32,000 nucleotides of DNA from Candidatus Pelagibacter sp. HIMB1695 (GTDB taxonomy: Bacteria > Pseudomonadota > Alphaproteobacteria > Pelagibacterales > Pelagibacteraceae), in contig NZ_JBNAJT010000001.1 of the NCBI RefSeq assembly GCF_052047655.1, forward strand, positions 156,075-188,074. The letters run 5' to 3'. The notes under the pieces were generated by a model. It searched no databases and was not told the origin of the DNA. It saw only the letters and a program-made list of their open reading frames with translations. Shown here piece after piece: positions 18,544-29,734 of this stretch (position 1 is its first letter; every line of letters starts with the position of its first letter). Position numbers and translations under genes: made by a program.

Positions 18544-18915
18544 ATGCCAACTATTAATCAGTTGTTAAGAAAAAAAAGAGTTAAACAAGTTTCTAGGAAC
18601 AAAGTTCCTGCTTTACAGAAGCAACCTTTGAAAAGAGGTGTTTGTGTTAAAGTTTATACAACCACTCCAAAAAAACCAAACTCTGCATTAAGAAAAGTTG
18701 CTAGAGTTAGATTGTCAAACGGTTTTGAAGTAACTGCTTATATTCCAGGCGAAGGTCATAACTTACAAGAACACTCAGTAGTACTAATTAGAGGTGGAAG
18801 GGTTAAAGATTTACCTGGTGTTAGATATCATATCTTAAGAGGAAATTTAGATACACAAGGTGTTGCAAATAGAAAACAGAGAAGATCTTTATACGGAACA
18901 AAAAAAGGTAAATAA
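18544..18915 (+). CDS. rpsL: 30S ribosomal protein S12
   Basis: [12 protein letters not shown]... [21 protein letters not shown]... [14 protein letters not shown] is canonical S12. Confidence 0.99.
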   Translation: MPTINQLLRKKRVKQVSRNKVPALQKQPLKRGVCVKVYTTTPKKPNSALRKVARVRLSNGFEVTAYIPGEGHNLQEHSVVLIRGGRVKDLPGVRYHILRGNLDTQGVANRKQRRSLYGTKKGK

Positions 18916-19385
18916 TGTCTAGAAAAAAAACTCAACCCAAAAAAAATGTAGTTCCTGATCCAAAATTTAATTCAACTATAATTCCAAAATTAATAAATAA
19001 CATCATGTATGATGGTAAAAGAGGAATTGCTGCAAAAATAGTTTATGAAGCAATAGAGAAAATTAAAACAAAAACTAAAGACGAGCCTATAAATATTTTC
19101 AATGAAGCGATTAACAATATCAAACCAACAGTAGAAGTTAGATCACGAAGAGTAGGTGGTGCAACTTACCAAGTGCCTGTTGAGGTAAAAAGTAAAAGAG
19201 CCCAAGCGCTTGCAATAAGATGGTTAGTTGATTCAGCTAGAAAAAGAAAAGACAAACACATGGCAGATAAAATTTTTAACGAACTGTACGATGCTTATGA
19301 AAAAAAAGGTGCTGCAGTGAAAAAACGAGAGGATGTTCATAAAATGGCAGAGTCTAATAAGGCATTTGCTCATTTTAGATGGTAA
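18915..19385 (+). CDS. rpsG: 30S ribosomal protein S7
   Basis: 156 aa, with PDPKFNS near the N-terminus, [19 protein letters not shown], and the C-terminal AFAHFRW. Confidence 0.98.
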   Translation: MSRKKTQPKKNVVPDPKFNSTIIPKLINNIMYDGKRGIAAKIVYEAIEKIKTKTKDEPINIFNEAINNIKPTVEVRSRRVGGATYQVPVEVKSKRAQALAIRWLVDSARKRKDKHMADKIFNELYDAYEKKGAAVKKREDVHKMAESNKAFAHFRW

Positions 19386-19390
19386 AAATT

Positions 19391-21469
19391 ATGGCTAGAA
19401 CTCATACATTAGATAAATATAGAAACATTGGGATCATGGCCCACATAGACGCTGGTAAAACAACTACTACAGAAAGAATTTTATATTATACAGGAAAAAG
19501 TCATAAAATTGGTGAAGTACATGATGGTGCTGCAACAATGGATTGGATGGAGCAAGAACAAGAGAGAGGTATCACAATTACTTCTGCAGCAACAACTTGT
19601 TTCTGGAATGACCACAGAGTTAATATAATTGATACTCCAGGCCACGTCGATTTTACAATTGAAGTAGAAAGATCTTTAAAAGTACTAGATGGTGCTGTGG
19701 CTGTATTTGATGGAGTTGCTGGTGTAGAGCCTCAATCTGAGACAGTATGGAGACAGGCAGACAAATACAAAGTTCCGAGAATTTGTTTTGTAAATAAACT
19801 CGATAGAACTGGTGCTGATTTCTTTAGATGTGTTGATATGATCAGAGATAGATTGGGTGCTAAACCATTAGTTTTACAAGTACCTATTGGAATTGAAGCT
19901 TCATTAACTGGTGTTGTTGATCTAGTTAAAATGAAAGCCCAAGTATGGAAAAATGAAGCACTAGGCGCAGAGTGGGAATATAAAGATATACCTGATGATT
20001 TAAAAGAAATTTCAGAAAAATACAGAACCGAACTAATTGAGTCTGCAGTTGAGCAAGACGAAAAGTTAATGGAAGCGTATTTAAACGGCGATGAAATTAA
20101 AGAGGAAGATTTAGTTAAATGTATCAGAAAAGGAACTTTAAATTTTAGCTTTGTTCCTGTTTTAACTGGTTCAGCTTTTAAAAATAAAGGTGTTCAACCT
20201 TTATTAGATGCTGTTATTAATTACCTTCCAAGTCCAGTAGATATTGGGTCTATTAAGGGAACTAAAGTTGGTTCAGATGATGAAATTGAAATGAAGTTTG
20301 AGGATGGATCATCTTTTTCAGGTTTAGCATTTAAAGTTGCAAATGATCCTTTTGTTGGTTCATTAACATTTGTTAGAATTTATTCTGGTACAATTAAATC
20401 TGGTACAGCTGTGTACAATTCTTCATCGGATAAAGAAGAAAGAGTTGGTCGTATGCTTTTAATGCATGCAAACTCTAGAGAAGATATTAAAGAAGCAAAT
20501 GCAGGTGATATTGTTTCTTTGGCAGGTTTAAAAAATACTATGACAGGTCATACTTTGTGTGACAAAGAAAGTCCTGTTTTATTAGAGCCAATGGAATTCC
20601 CTGAACCAGTAATTGAAATTGCTGTTGAGCCTAAAACAAAAGGTGACCAAGAAAAAATGGGTGAAGCTTTAGCAAGATTAGCTAAAGAAGATCCATCATT
20701 TAGAGTATCATCTGACGAGGAATCTGGTCAAACAATCATCAAAGGTATGGGTGAGTTACACTTAGATATTATTGTTGATCGTATGAAAAGAGAATTTAAA
20801 GTTGAAGCAAATGTTGGAGCTCCACAAGTTGCTTACAGGGAGACAATAGAAAAATCAGCTGAATTTGAATATATACATAAAAAACAAAGTGGTGGCGCTG
20901 GTCAATTCGCTAAAGTAAAATTATTTGTTGAACCTCAAGAACCAGGTAAGGGTAGAGAGGTTGAAAGTGCCATTAAAGGTGGAGCTATTCCAAAAGAATT
21001 TATCCCAGGTGTTGAAAAAGGTATTGAGACAGTATCTGATAGTGGAATATTAGCAGGTTTTCCTATGATTGATTACAAAGTAACGATTGTTGATGGTTTG
21101 CATCATGATGTAGACTCAAGTGTTCTAGCATTTGAACTTGCCAGCAGAGCATGTTTTAAAGAAGCTTGCACTCAAGGTGGATTAAAGCTTTTAGAGCCCA
21201 TTATGAGAGTGGAAGTTGTTACTCCAGAAGATTATATGGGTGATGTAATTGGTGATCTAAACAGTAGAAGAGGCCAAATTAGCACTCAAGAGCAAAGAGG
21301 TAATGCAACTGTAATCACGGCAATGGTTCCTTTAGCAAATATGTTTGGCTACATAAACAATCTAAGATCAATGTCTCAAGGAAGAGCGCAATATTCAATG
21401 TTCTTTGATCATTATTCTAAAGTTCCACAAAACGTTCAAGATGAAGTAACTAAAAAGGTAGCAGGTTAA
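19391..21469 (+). CDS. fusA: translation elongation factor G
   Basis: The track ORF starts at 19379 (MVKIM...), which overlaps the rpsG stop. The ATG at 19391 gives the canonical EF-G N-terminus [35 protein letters not shown]. The start choice is uncertain by 4 codons. Confidence 0.97.
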   Translation: MARTHTLDKYRNIGIMAHIDAGKTTTTERILYYTGKSHKIGEVHDGAATMDWMEQEQERGITITSAATTCFWNDHRVNIIDTPGHVDFTIEVERSLKVLDGAVAVFDGVAGVEPQSETVWRQADKYKVPRICFVNKLDRTGADFFRCVDMIRDRLGAKPLVLQVPIGIEASLTGVVDLVKMKAQVWKNEALGAEWEYKDIPDDLKEISEKYRTELIESAVEQDEKLMEAYLNGDEIKEEDLVKCIRKGTLNFSFVPVLTGSAFKNKGVQPLLDAVINYLPSPVDIGSIKGTKVGSDDEIEMKFEDGSSFSGLAFKVANDPFVGSLTFVRIYSGTIKSGTAVYNSSSDKEERVGRMLLMHANSREDIKEANAGDIVSLAGLKNTMTGHTLCDKESPVLLEPMEFPEPVIEIAVEPKTKGDQEKMGEALARLAKEDPSFRVSSDEESGQTIIKGMGELHLDIIVDRMKREFKVEANVGAPQVAYRETIEKSAEFEYIHKKQSGGAGQFAKVKLFVEPQEPGKGREVESAIKGGAIPKEFIPGVEKGIETVSDSGILAGFPMIDYKVTIVDGLHHDVDSSVLAFELASRACFKEACTQGGLKLLEPIMRVEVVTPEDYMGDVIGDLNSRRGQISTQEQRGNATVITAMVPLANMFGYINNLRSMSQGRAQYSMFFDHYSKVPQNVQDEVTKKVAG

Positions 21470-21777
21470 TGGAAAAACAAAATATTAGAATTAAACTAAG
21501 AGCATACGATAATAAAGTTTTGGATGCTTCTACCGAAGAAATAGTTAATACAGTTAAACGAACTGGAGCTACTATAAAAGGTCCAATACCACTTCCTACT
21601 AGAATTGAAAGATATACAGTTTTAAGATCTCCACACATTGATAAAAAAAGTAGAGAGCAATTTGAGTCTAGAACTCACAAAAGATTAATAGATATTATAG
21701 AACCAACACCACAAACAGTAGAAGCTTTAATGAAATTAGACCTAGCTTCAGGTGTAGATGTGGAGATAAAAATTTAA
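21469..21777 (+). CDS. rpsJ: 30S ribosomal protein S10
   Basis: 102 aa. [14 protein letters not shown] and [14 protein letters not shown] are canonical S10. Confidence 0.98.
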   Translation: MEKQNIRIKLRAYDNKVLDASTEEIVNTVKRTGATIKGPIPLPTRIERYTVLRSPHIDKKSREQFESRTHKRLIDIIEPTPQTVEALMKLDLASGVDVEIKI

Positions 21778-21779
21778 TT

Positions 21780-22490
21780 ATGAGCGAGATAGCTTTATTA
21801 GGTAAGAAAATTGGCATGACTAGAGAATTTTATAAATCTGGTCAGTTGGTGCCTGTTACAGTTCTTAAAGTTGAAAAAGCTAGAGTTATTCAAGTAATTG
21901 AAGAAGAAAAAAGAGGTTACAAAGCTGTTCAACTTGGATATGGAAAAATTAAAAATTCAAAATTAACAAAAGCAATGAAAGGTGTTTTTGCAAAGAAAAA
22001 CACTGAAGCTAAGAAAAAATTAAAAGAATTTAGAGTAAACGATACTTCTGCTTACAAAGAAGGAAATGAATTTGGTTTAGAAATTTTCAAAGATATAAAA
22101 TTTGTAGACACAAGATCAAAAACGATTGGTAAAGGTTTTGCTGGTGCAATGAAGAGACATAATTTTGGAGGCTTAAGAGCCAGTCATGGTGTTTCTATTT
22201 CTCATAGAGCTCATGGTTCAACAGGACATAGTCAAGATCCAGGTAAAGTTTTTAAAGGAAAAAAAATGGCTGGTCATATGGGTGATAAGTTAAGAACCAT
22301 GCAAAATATCGAAATAATAAAAACAGATTTAGAAAATGAGTTACTTTATTTAAAGGGATCCATTCCAGGATCAAAAAATGCTGAAGTGATGGTTAAAAGA
22401 TCTGTCAAAAATATAAATAAAATGACAATCAGTGAAAAATTAGCTGCTGCCGAGGAAGCAAAAAAAAAACCAGATAAGAAGAAAAAATAA
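21780..22490 (+). CDS. rplC: 50S ribosomal protein L3
   Basis: 236 aa with LLGKKIGMTREF and GKGFAGAMKRHNFGG blocks. It carries a Lys-rich C-terminal tail. Confidence 0.97.
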   Translation: MSEIALLGKKIGMTREFYKSGQLVPVTVLKVEKARVIQVIEEEKRGYKAVQLGYGKIKNSKLTKAMKGVFAKKNTEAKKKLKEFRVNDTSAYKEGNEFGLEIFKDIKFVDTRSKTIGKGFAGAMKRHNFGGLRASHGVSISHRAHGSTGHSQDPGKVFKGKKMAGHMGDKLRTMQNIEIIKTDLENELLYLKGSIPGSKNAEVMVKRSVKNINKMTISEKLAAAEEAKKKPDKKKK

Positions 22491-23113
22491 TGAAATTAGA
22501 TAAAATTAGCATAGACGGAAAAAAAGATACTATTGAAGTGTTAGATAAAATATTTTCTGCAAAAATTAATCAAAAGTTAGTTGCTAGTGTTTTATATAAA
22601 ACAAATGCCAACTACAAAGGTAGACACGCTAAAACTAAACAACAAAATGAAGTAAAAGGTCCAACATCAAAAATTTATGCACAAAAAGGAACTGGTGGAG
22701 CACGACACGCTAGTAGAAAAGCTCCTATTTTTGTTGGTGGTGGTATAGCTCACGGTCCAAAAGGTGAATTAGCTTACAAAAAAAGAAAGTTAAATAAAAA
22801 TGAAAAGAAACAAAGTGTTGCTTCTTTAATTACTGAAAAAAATAATAATAAGAATTTATTAATTTTAAATGATTTTAATTCTGAAATTAAAAAAACAAAA
22901 GAAATGAATTCAATAATTAATAAACTAGAGATTTCTAATTCATTAATTATACTTGATAAAAATTCTAAAGATAAGATAGAAAAATCTGTAAGAAATATTC
23001 CAAACGTAAAAGTTACTGACGTAAATCATTTTAGCGCTTACGATATTATAAAATTTAAGAAAGTAGTTTTTACTGAAAGTTCAGTAAAAGAATTGGAGAA
23101 AAGGTATTCTTAA
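22490..23113 (+). CDS. rplD: 50S ribosomal protein L4
   Basis: 207 aa with the QKGTGGARHASRKAPIFVGGGIAHGPK block. Operon position is after rplC. Confidence 0.96.
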   Translation: MKLDKISIDGKKDTIEVLDKIFSAKINQKLVASVLYKTNANYKGRHAKTKQQNEVKGPTSKIYAQKGTGGARHASRKAPIFVGGGIAHGPKGELAYKKRKLNKNEKKQSVASLITEKNNNKNLLILNDFNSEIKKTKEMNSIINKLEISNSLIILDKNSKDKIEKSVRNIPNVKVTDVNHFSAYDIIKFKKVVFTESSVKELEKRYS

Positions 23114-23114
23114 T

Positions 23115-23408
23115 ATGGATAAAATTCATTTATACGACAAAATTCTTTTTCCAGTTGTTACTGAGAAATCAACAAACCTATCAGAATTGAATAAAATTAC
23201 TTTTAAGGTTCCTGATGGTGCAAATAAAAAAAACCTAAAAAAAAATATTGAAAAAATTTTTAAAGTTAATGTCACTAAAATTAACATCATCAATAAACAA
23301 AATAGAACTAAACTCACTAGAGGTAAAAAAGTGAAAGTTTCGGGATACAAAAAAGCAATTATAACTCTAAAAAAAGGTCAAAGTATTGATCTAACAACAG
23401 GAATTTAA
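23115..23408 (+). CDS. rplW: 50S ribosomal protein L23
   Basis: 97 aa with PVVTEKST and FKVNV...INI blocks. Position is between rplD and rplB. Confidence 0.93.
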   Translation: MDKIHLYDKILFPVVTEKSTNLSELNKITFKVPDGANKKNLKKNIEKIFKVNVTKINIINKQNRTKLTRGKKVKVSGYKKAIITLKKGQSIDLTTGI

Positions 23409-23411
23409 GAA

Positions 23412-24251
23412 ATGGCACTAAAAACTTTTAAACCATACACAAAATCTACCAGAGGTACTATTTTAGTAGATAGAACAGGTCTATGGAAAGGTAAACCTTT
23501 TAAAACTCTTGTTTCCCCAAAAAATGCTATGAAGGGTAGAAATAATAATGGACACATCACTTCAATTAACAGAGCAGGCGGTCATAAGAAAATGTATAGA
23601 CATGTTGACTTTTATAGAAAAAAATTTGACATGGAGGCTACTGTTGAAAGAATAGAATACGATCCGAATAGATCTTGCTACATAATGTTGGTTAAATTTG
23701 AAGATGGAACACATTCGTATTTTTTAGCTCCTCAAAATATTAAAGTTGGAGATAAAATTGAGAGTGGATCAAAAAAAGAAATTAAAATTGGAAATTGTAT
23801 GCCACTACAAGATATACCAGTTGGTATCAATATTCATAACGTTGAAATTCAACCAGGTGGCGGTGGTAAAATAGCTAGAGCTGCTGGTTCTTCAGTAACG
23901 ATTAGTGGATTAGATGGAAATTATAGTTTAATTAAATTAGCATCAGGGGAAGTACGTAAAATAGACTCAAGGGCTTTGGCTACTATTGGAATATTAAGTA
24001 ATCCTGATCAAAAAAATATTAAAATTGGTAAAGCTGGTAGATCAAGATGGTTGGGAAGAAGACCTCATACTAGAGGTGTTGTTAAAAACCCAGTAGATCA
24101 CCCACATGGAGGTGGTGAAGGTAAGTCAGCTGGAGGAAGACATCCGGTGTCTCCAACAGGACAATCAGCAAAAGGTTTAAAAACTAGAGATAATAAGAGA
24201 ACAGATAAATTTATAGTGAAGAGAAGAAATAAAAGGAAGGATACTAAGTAA
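23412..24251 (+). CDS. rplB: 50S ribosomal protein L2
   Basis: 279 aa, with [29 protein letters not shown] and [14 protein letters not shown] blocks. Confidence 0.99.
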   Translation: MALKTFKPYTKSTRGTILVDRTGLWKGKPFKTLVSPKNAMKGRNNNGHITSINRAGGHKKMYRHVDFYRKKFDMEATVERIEYDPNRSCYIMLVKFEDGTHSYFLAPQNIKVGDKIESGSKKEIKIGNCMPLQDIPVGINIHNVEIQPGGGGKIARAAGSSVTISGLDGNYSLIKLASGEVRKIDSRALATIGILSNPDQKNIKIGKAGRSRWLGRRPHTRGVVKNPVDHPHGGGEGKSAGGRHPVSPTGQSAKGLKTRDNKRTDKFIVKRRNKRKDTK

Positions 24252-24541
24252 TGGCTAGAGCTGTATGGAAAGGACCATTTGTTGAAGATAGCTTGATGAA
24301 AAAAGTAGACAAGTACAAAGATGATCCGAAGAAAATTCCAATTAAAACATGGTCTAGAAAATCTACTATTCTTCCAGATTTTGTAGGGGTAGCTTTTCAA
24401 ATATATAACGGTAAGAAATTTATACCAATAACAGTTTCAGAGGATATGGTGGGTCATAAATTAGGAGAGTTTGCTCCAACAAGAACTTTTTTTGGACACA
24501 CACCAGCTGATAAGAAAGCTAAACCAGCAGAGAAAAAATAA
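24251..24541 (+). CDS. rpsS: 30S ribosomal protein S19
   Basis: 96 aa, with [11 protein letters not shown] and [17 protein letters not shown] blocks. Confidence 0.98.
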   Translation: MARAVWKGPFVEDSLMKKVDKYKDDPKKIPIKTWSRKSTILPDFVGVAFQIYNGKKFIPITVSEDMVGHKLGEFAPTRTFFGHTPADKKAKPAEKK

Positions 24542-24543
24542 TT

Positions 24544-24942
24544 ATGGGTAAGAAAAAGAAAATTGATAAAAACAACGATAAGACTGTAAAGTCTATAAAC
24601 AATGGAATTAGATCTAGCGTAAGAAAGATTAATCCAATTCTAAAAAGTATTGTTGGTAAAAAGGTTGATGTAGCTATTAGAGATCTACAGTTTTCTGAAA
24701 AAAGAGTTACCAGAGATATTAGAAAAACAATTAGCTCAGCTGTTGCAAACGCCGAAAATAACTTTCAATATGATATTGACAATTTAATTGTCAAAGAAGC
24801 GTATTGTGGAAAAAAAATTGTTATGAAAAGATTTAGACCAAGAGCAAAAGGTAGAGCGGCACCAATTTTAAAACCTTGGTCAACAGTAACTATAATTTTA
24901 TCAGAGGCAAAACAAATGGAGAAACATGGGACAAAAGGTTAA
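24544..24942 (+). CDS. rplV: 50S ribosomal protein L22
   Basis: 132 aa, with [11 protein letters not shown] and [26 protein letters not shown] blocks. It has a Lys-rich N-terminal extension, and its 3' end overlaps rpsC by 17 nt. Confidence 0.95.
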   Translation: MGKKKKIDKNNDKTVKSINNGIRSSVRKINPILKSIVGKKVDVAIRDLQFSEKRVTRDIRKTISSAVANAENNFQYDIDNLIVKEAYCGKKIVMKRFRPRAKGRAAPILKPWSTVTIILSEAKQMEKHGTKG

Positions 24943-25606
24943 TCCTGTAGGTTTTAGATTAGGTGTAAACAGAGGTTGGGACTCTGTTTGGTATGCTAAG
25001 AAAAAAGATTTTGGCAACTATCTAATTGAAGATTTTAAAATAAGAGAATACATCAAAAAAAATGTAATTAATTCAGGTGTATCTAAAGTGATGATAGAGA
25101 GAACATCAAACAAATGTTACGTTACAATTTACACATCTAGACCTGGATTTGTAATTGGTAAAAAAGGTAGTGATATTGATAAAATTAAAAACAACTTATC
25201 AAAATTTACGACAAATGAGGTAAACTTAAATATCAAAGAGGTTAAAAAACCTGAAACAAATGCATATTTAGTTGCTGAAAACATTGCACAACAGTTAGTA
25301 AAAAGAATTTCATACAGAAGAGCCATGAAAAGAGCCATGCAATCATGTATCAGACTAGGTGCAAAAGGGATTAAAGTTTCAGTAAGTGGAAGATTAGGTG
25401 GTAATGAGATCGCTAGAACTGAATGGTTAAGAGATGGTAGTATACCATCACACACTTTAAGAGCAGATATAGATTATGCAGAAGCGGAAGCTCTTACAAC
25501 ATATGGAATTATTGGAATTAAGGTTTGGATCTATAAGGGAGAAGTTTTTGCAAGAGAGTTTAGCCAGGAAACAAACAAAGTAACTCCAAAGGAAGGTAAA
25601 CAATAA
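24926..25606 (+). CDS. rpsC: 30S ribosomal protein S3
   Basis: Canonical start [13 protein letters not shown], with a GGAG Shine-Dalgarno 5 nt upstream, inside the rplV 3' end. KH-domain and [13 protein letters not shown] blocks are present. Confidence 0.98.
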   Translation: MGQKVNPVGFRLGVNRGWDSVWYAKKKDFGNYLIEDFKIREYIKKNVINSGVSKVMIERTSNKCYVTIYTSRPGFVIGKKGSDIDKIKNNLSKFTTNEVNLNIKEVKKPETNAYLVAENIAQQLVKRISYRRAMKRAMQSCIRLGAKGIKVSVSGRLGGNEIARTEWLRDGSIPSHTLRADIDYAEAEALTTYGIIGIKVWIYKGEVFAREFSQETNKVTPKEGKQ

Positions 25607-26016
25607 TGCTTCAGCCAGTAAGAACTAAATGGAGAAAAGCTCATAAAGGCAGAATTCATGGTAACGCTACTAGAGCAAGCACTATTAATTACGGCGCATA
25701 TGCTTTGAAGGCATTACAGCCTGAAAGAGTTACTGGAAAACAAATTGAGGCTGCTAGGGTTGCTTTAACTAGACACATGAAAAGACAAGGAAGAGTATGG
25801 ACAAGAGTTTTTCCAAATATTCCAGTTTCTAAAAAACCTATAGAAGTTAGAATGGGTAAAGGAAAAGGATCACCAGAATATTTTGCCTGTAGAGTAAAAC
25901 CTGGGAGAATTTTATTTGAAGTTGATGGTGTGTCTGAACAAATTGCTAAAGAGGCACTTTATAAAGCTTCAGCAAAGTTACCAATAAAAACAAAAACAAT
26001 AAAGAGATTTGCATAA
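25606..26016 (+). CDS. rplP: 50S ribosomal protein L16
   Basis: 136 aa, with [16 protein letters not shown] and [12 protein letters not shown] blocks. Confidence 0.98.
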   Translation: MLQPVRTKWRKAHKGRIHGNATRASTINYGAYALKALQPERVTGKQIEAARVALTRHMKRQGRVWTRVFPNIPVSKKPIEVRMGKGKGSPEYFACRVKPGRILFEVDGVSEQIAKEALYKASAKLPIKTKTIKRFA

Positions 26017-26208
26017 ATGAAAAAACAAGAAATTAAAAAATTAAGTAAAGATGAAGTTATCAAAAATATTGATAAGCTTAAAAAAGACTTATTTAATTTT
26101 CGATTTCAAAAAATGAATTCTCAAATAACTAATCCTGCAAAAATTGGAGAAACAAGAAAAACAATTGCAAGATTGAAAACAATTTTAAAAGGAAAATCAA
26201 ATGCCTAA
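26017..26208 (+). CDS. rpmC: 50S ribosomal protein L29
   Basis: 63 aa with an L29-like LKKDLFNFRFQ block. Position is between rplP and rpsQ. Confidence 0.92.
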   Translation: MKKQEIKKLSKDEVIKNIDKLKKDLFNFRFQKMNSQITNPAKIGETRKTIARLKTILKGKSNA

Positions 26209-26437
26209 AAAAATATTAACAGGAGTGGTGATAAGCGACAAACCTAATAAAACAATTACAGTTATGGTAGAGAGAAAATATTCACACCCTGTATTAAAAA
26301 AAGTCATAAGAGTTAGAAAAAATTACAACGCTCATGATGAAAATAATACATTTAAAACAGGTGATAAAGTTTCAATTATTGAAAGCAAACCATTTTCAAA
26401 AAATAAAAAATTTCAAGTTATGGAGAATAATAAATAA
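26201..26437 (+). CDS. rpsQ: 30S ribosomal protein S17
   Basis: 78 aa, with [20 protein letters not shown] and YNAHDENN blocks. It overlaps rpmC by 8 nt. Confidence 0.95.
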   Translation: MPKKILTGVVISDKPNKTITVMVERKYSHPVLKKVIRVRKNYNAHDENNTFKTGDKVSIIESKPFSKNKKFQVMENNK

Positions 26438-26805
26438 TGATTGGTGTTCAGACAGAATTACAGGTTGCTGATAACACTGGTGCAAAAAGAATAGAGTGCA
26501 TCAAAGTATTGGGTGGATCTAAGAGAAGATATGCCAGCATTGGAGATACAATTGTAATTGCTGTGAAAGAGGCTATCCCTAAGGGCAAAGTAAAGAAAGG
26601 AACCGTTCATAAAGCTGTAGTAGTTCGAGTTAAAAAAGGAATTCATAGAAACGATGGATCAAAAGTAAAATTTGATAATAATGCAGCAGTATTAGTTGAC
26701 GATAAGGGTGAACCAGTTGGTACTAGAATATTTGGCCCAGTTACTAGAGAATTAAGAAGTAGAGGGCAAATGAAAATAATTTCACTAGCGCCGGAGGTTT
26801 TATAA
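26437..26805 (+). CDS. rplN: 50S ribosomal protein L14
   Basis: 122 aa. [17 protein letters not shown]... and [10 protein letters not shown] are canonical L14. Confidence 0.99.
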   Translation: MIGVQTELQVADNTGAKRIECIKVLGGSKRRYASIGDTIVIAVKEAIPKGKVKKGTVHKAVVVRVKKGIHRNDGSKVKFDNNAAVLVDDKGEPVGTRIFGPVTRELRSRGQMKIISLAPEVL

Positions 26806-26806
26806 G

Positions 26807-27052
26807 ATGATTAAAAAAGGTCTAAAAGTAAGAGTGCTAACAGGAAAAGACAAAAAAAAAGAAGGCGAAGTTATCGAAATAGACAGAGCGAATAACAGAG
26901 CCAAAGTAAAAGAAATTAATATGGTTAAAAAACACGTTAAAACAACAAAAGAGAAAAAAGGTGGTATTTTTTCAAAAGAAGGTTTTATTCATTTATCAAA
27001 TTTAAAATTAATAGATGAAAAAGCAGAAAAGAAAAAAGAGGCTAAGAAATAA
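26807..27052 (+). CDS. rplX: 50S ribosomal protein L24 (unusually short, 81 aa)
   Basis: The KOW motif [18 protein letters not shown] and the block INMVKKHVK are present. Operon position is between rplN and rplE. Confidence 0.9.
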   Translation: MIKKGLKVRVLTGKDKKKEGEVIEIDRANNRAKVKEINMVKKHVKTTKEKKGGIFSKEGFIHLSNLKLIDEKAEKKKEAKK

Positions 27053-27606
27053 TGACTCCAAGATTAAAAGAAATTTTTAATAAAGAAATACAACCAGCTT
27101 TAAAAGACCAATTTGGCTTTAAAAATATTTACATGGCGCCAAGAATTGAAAAAATTATTTTAAATATGGGTCTTGGTTTAGATGGTTCAGACTCTAAAAT
27201 ACTTAAATCATGTGAAGAGGATATGGCTAAGATAACAGGCCAAAAACCTGTAACTACAAAATTCAAAAAATCTGTAGCTAATTTTAAGACAAGAAAAGGA
27301 TCTAATGCAGGCTTAAAAGTAACTTTAAGAAAAAATAAAATGTACGAATTTTTAGATAGATTAGTAAATATTGCTCTTCCTAGAATTAAAGATTTCAGAG
27401 GATTGTCGCCAAAAGGTTTTGATAAATTCGGAAATTATACTTTTGGCATAAAGGAACATATCATATTTCCTGAAGTTAGTTTTGATAGAGCTGATAAAGT
27501 TAGAGGTTTAGATATCGTTATTGTTATAAAAGCAATTAGCAAAGAGCACAGCTTTGCATTATTAGAAAAAATGAATTTTCCATTTATTAAAAAAGGAGAC
27601 AATTAA
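27052..27606 (+). CDS. rplE: 50S ribosomal protein L5
   Basis: 184 aa, with [13 protein letters not shown] and [11 protein letters not shown] blocks. Confidence 0.97.
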   Translation: MTPRLKEIFNKEIQPALKDQFGFKNIYMAPRIEKIILNMGLGLDGSDSKILKSCEEDMAKITGQKPVTTKFKKSVANFKTRKGSNAGLKVTLRKNKMYEFLDRLVNIALPRIKDFRGLSPKGFDKFGNYTFGIKEHIIFPEVSFDRADKVRGLDIVIVIKAISKEHSFALLEKMNFPFIKKGDN

Positions 27607-27608
27607 AA

Positions 27609-27914
27609 ATGGCTAAACTTAGTGCTGTAAATAAAAACAAAAAAAGAATTAAACTTTCAGACAAAATGTTCAAGAAAAGACAAAATTTGAAAAAAATAAT
27701 AATGGATAAAAAACTTCCATTAGAGGAAAGATTTAAGGCACAGCAGAAATTATCAAAATTGCCAAGAAATTCAGCTAAAACAAGAGTGATGAACAGATGT
27801 GAAATAACGGGTAGACCACATGGTGTTTATAGAAAATTAAAAATATCAAGAATTGCTCTTAGACAATTAGGATTACAAGGAAAAATACCTGGCTTAGTTA
27901 AGTCGAGCTGGTAG
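27609..27914 (+). CDS. rpsN: 30S ribosomal protein S14 (long, non-zinc type)
   Basis: 101 aa, with [37 protein letters not shown] and the C-terminal VKSSW. Confidence 0.96.
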   Translation: MAKLSAVNKNKKRIKLSDKMFKKRQNLKKIIMDKKLPLEERFKAQQKLSKLPRNSAKTRVMNRCEITGRPHGVYRKLKISRIALRQLGLQGKIPGLVKSSW

Positions 27915-27925
27915 GAAGGAAAATT

Positions 27926-28321
27926 ATGAGTTTAAGTGACCCAATAGGAGATATGATAGCTAGAGTTAAGAATGCTCAAGCGAGAAATCATAAAAAAGTA
28001 GATTTGCCATCATCAAACTTTAAATCAAAAATTGCAGATATACTTAAAAATGAAGGTTTTATAAAAGATTTTAAAATTAGTTCAGAAGATAAAAAACCAA
28101 CATTGTCTTTAGAGCTTAAATATCACTCTGGTAACCCAGTTATCAGTGCATTTGAAAGAGTTTCTAAACCAGGAAGAAGAATTTTTTCAAGTGCCGAAGG
28201 TTTACCTAAAATTAATAACGGTCTTGGTATAGCAATAGTTTCTACACCAAAAGGTGTAATGACTGATATTGACGCCAGAAAACAACGTGTTGGTGGTGAA
28301 ATTATTTGTAAGGTATTTTAA
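27926..28321 (+). CDS. rpsH: 30S ribosomal protein S8
   Basis: 131 aa, with MSLSDPIGDMIARVKNA and GIAIVSTPKGVMTD blocks. Confidence 0.98.
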   Translation: MSLSDPIGDMIARVKNAQARNHKKVDLPSSNFKSKIADILKNEGFIKDFKISSEDKKPTLSLELKYHSGNPVISAFERVSKPGRRIFSSAEGLPKINNGLGIAIVSTPKGVMTDIDARKQRVGGEIICKVF

Positions 28322-28860
28322 TGTCTAAAATTGGAAAAATAAATATATCAATCCCTGAAAAAGTTAAAGTAGCTTTAGCTGGCAATATTATAAATATAGA
28401 AGGGCCATTAGGAAAGAAATCAATAAATATTGATTTGGATATGTTTAATTTGGATATCAAAGAAGGAAAAGAGATTTCAATAAAGCCAAAAAAAATTGAC
28501 CAAAATTCTAAACGACTTTGGGGTATGAACAGAAGTTTAATTAATAATGCTGTAATTGGCTCAAGCACTGGCTACGAAAAAGTGTTAGAACTTGTAGGTG
28601 TTGGATATAGAGCAGCATTAAAAGGAAATCAGCTAAATTTACAATTAGGCTACAGTCACGATATTGATTTTGATATTCCAGAAGGAATTAAAATTGCTGT
28701 AGAAAAACAAACTACACTTAAGATCACTGGATCTGACAAACAATTAGTTGGTGAAGTTGCATCAAAAATTAAAACATTTAGAAAAATTGAGCCATATAAG
28801 GGTAAAGGTGTTAGAGAAAAAGGCCAATATGTACTTAAAAAAGAAGGTAAGAAAAAATAA
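28321..28860 (+). CDS. rplF: 50S ribosomal protein L6
   Basis: 179 aa, with [20 protein letters not shown] and [10 protein letters not shown] blocks. Confidence 0.97.
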   Translation: MSKIGKINISIPEKVKVALAGNIINIEGPLGKKSINIDLDMFNLDIKEGKEISIKPKKIDQNSKRLWGMNRSLINNAVIGSSTGYEKVLELVGVGYRAALKGNQLNLQLGYSHDIDFDIPEGIKIAVEKQTTLKITGSDKQLVGEVASKIKTFRKIEPYKGKGVREKGQYVLKKEGKKK

Positions 28861-29216
28861 TGAAACTAAACACAAGTATTAGAAAAAGATTTAGAGTTAG
28901 CAATAAAGTAAAAAAAGTTGCTCCAAAAGATAGATTTAGATTAAGCATTTCTAGATCTGCCAAAAATATTTCAGCTCAAATCATCGATGATACAAAAAAA
29001 GTAACTTTGTTATCAGCTTCATCCATTGAGAAAGATTTAAAATCATCTGATAAAATTAACAAAACAGAGTTGTCAAAATTAGTTGCTCAAAAGCTTGCAA
29101 AAAAAGCTCAGGAAAAAAATATTACAAAAATTTATTTTGATAGAGGATCTTATAAATATCATGGTAGAATCAAAGCTTTTGCAGACACATTAAGAGAAAA
29201 TGGAATGGAATTTTAA
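28860..29216 (+). CDS. rplR: 50S ribosomal protein L18
   Basis: 118 aa, with [18 protein letters not shown] and [26 protein letters not shown] blocks. Confidence 0.96.
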   Translation: MKLNTSIRKRFRVSNKVKKVAPKDRFRLSISRSAKNISAQIIDDTKKVTLLSASSIEKDLKSSDKINKTELSKLVAQKLAKKAQEKNITKIYFDRGSYKYHGRIKAFADTLRENGMEF

Positions 29217-29218
29217 TT

Positions 29219-29734
29219 ATGGAAAATAACAAAGACAAAAAAACAGACGACATTTTAGAAAAGTTAGTTCATATCAACAGAATTACAAAGGTTGTTAAAG
29301 GTGGAAGAAGATTTGGTTTTTCAGCTCTTGTAGTGGTAGGTAATCAAGCTGGAAAAATTGGAATAGCACACGCTAAAGCAAAACAAGTTCCAGATGCAAT
29401 TAAAAAAGCTAATGAAATGGCGAGAAGAAAATTAACACATATACCTTTGAGAGAAGGAAGAACAATTCATCATGATGTAAAAGCTAAAGATGGCTCTGGT
29501 AGAATAGTTTTAAGAGCAGCATCAAAAGGTACAGGTATTATTGCAGGTGGTCCAGTTAGAGCAGTATGCGAGGTATTAGGTGTAAAAGATATTGTTGCTA
29601 AATCAATGGGCACATCAAATGCACACAATGTGATTAGAGCAACCATGAAAGCTTTAATGAAACAAAATTCACCAAAACAAATTTCAGCAATAAGAAATAA
29701 AAAAATATCAGAAATTATTGAAAAAAGAGGATAA
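29219..29734 (+). CDS. rpsE: 30S ribosomal protein S5
   Basis: 171 aa, with INRITKVVKGGRRFGFSALVVVGN and GTGIIAGGPVRAV blocks. Confidence 0.98.
   Translation: MENNKDKKTDDILEKLVHINRITKVVKGGRRFGFSALVVVGNQAGKIGIAHAKAKQVPDAIKKANEMARRKLTHIPLREGRTIHHDVKAKDGSGRIVLRAASKGTGIIAGGPVRAVCEVLGVKDIVAKSMGTSNAHNVIRATMKALMKQNSPKQISAIRNKKISEIIEKRG

Noticed and set aside
18661-18810. Streptomycin-resistance positions in rpsL
   Set aside because: Both lysines at the classical positions ([12 protein letters not shown] and [10 protein letters not shown]) are wild-type.
19379-19390. Upstream ATG giving MVKIM- extension of EF-G
   Set aside because: It overlaps the rpsG stop codon. The ATG at 19391 yields the canonical EF-G N-terminus (MARTH...[15 protein letters not shown]). 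The upstream start cannot be excluded without experimental data.
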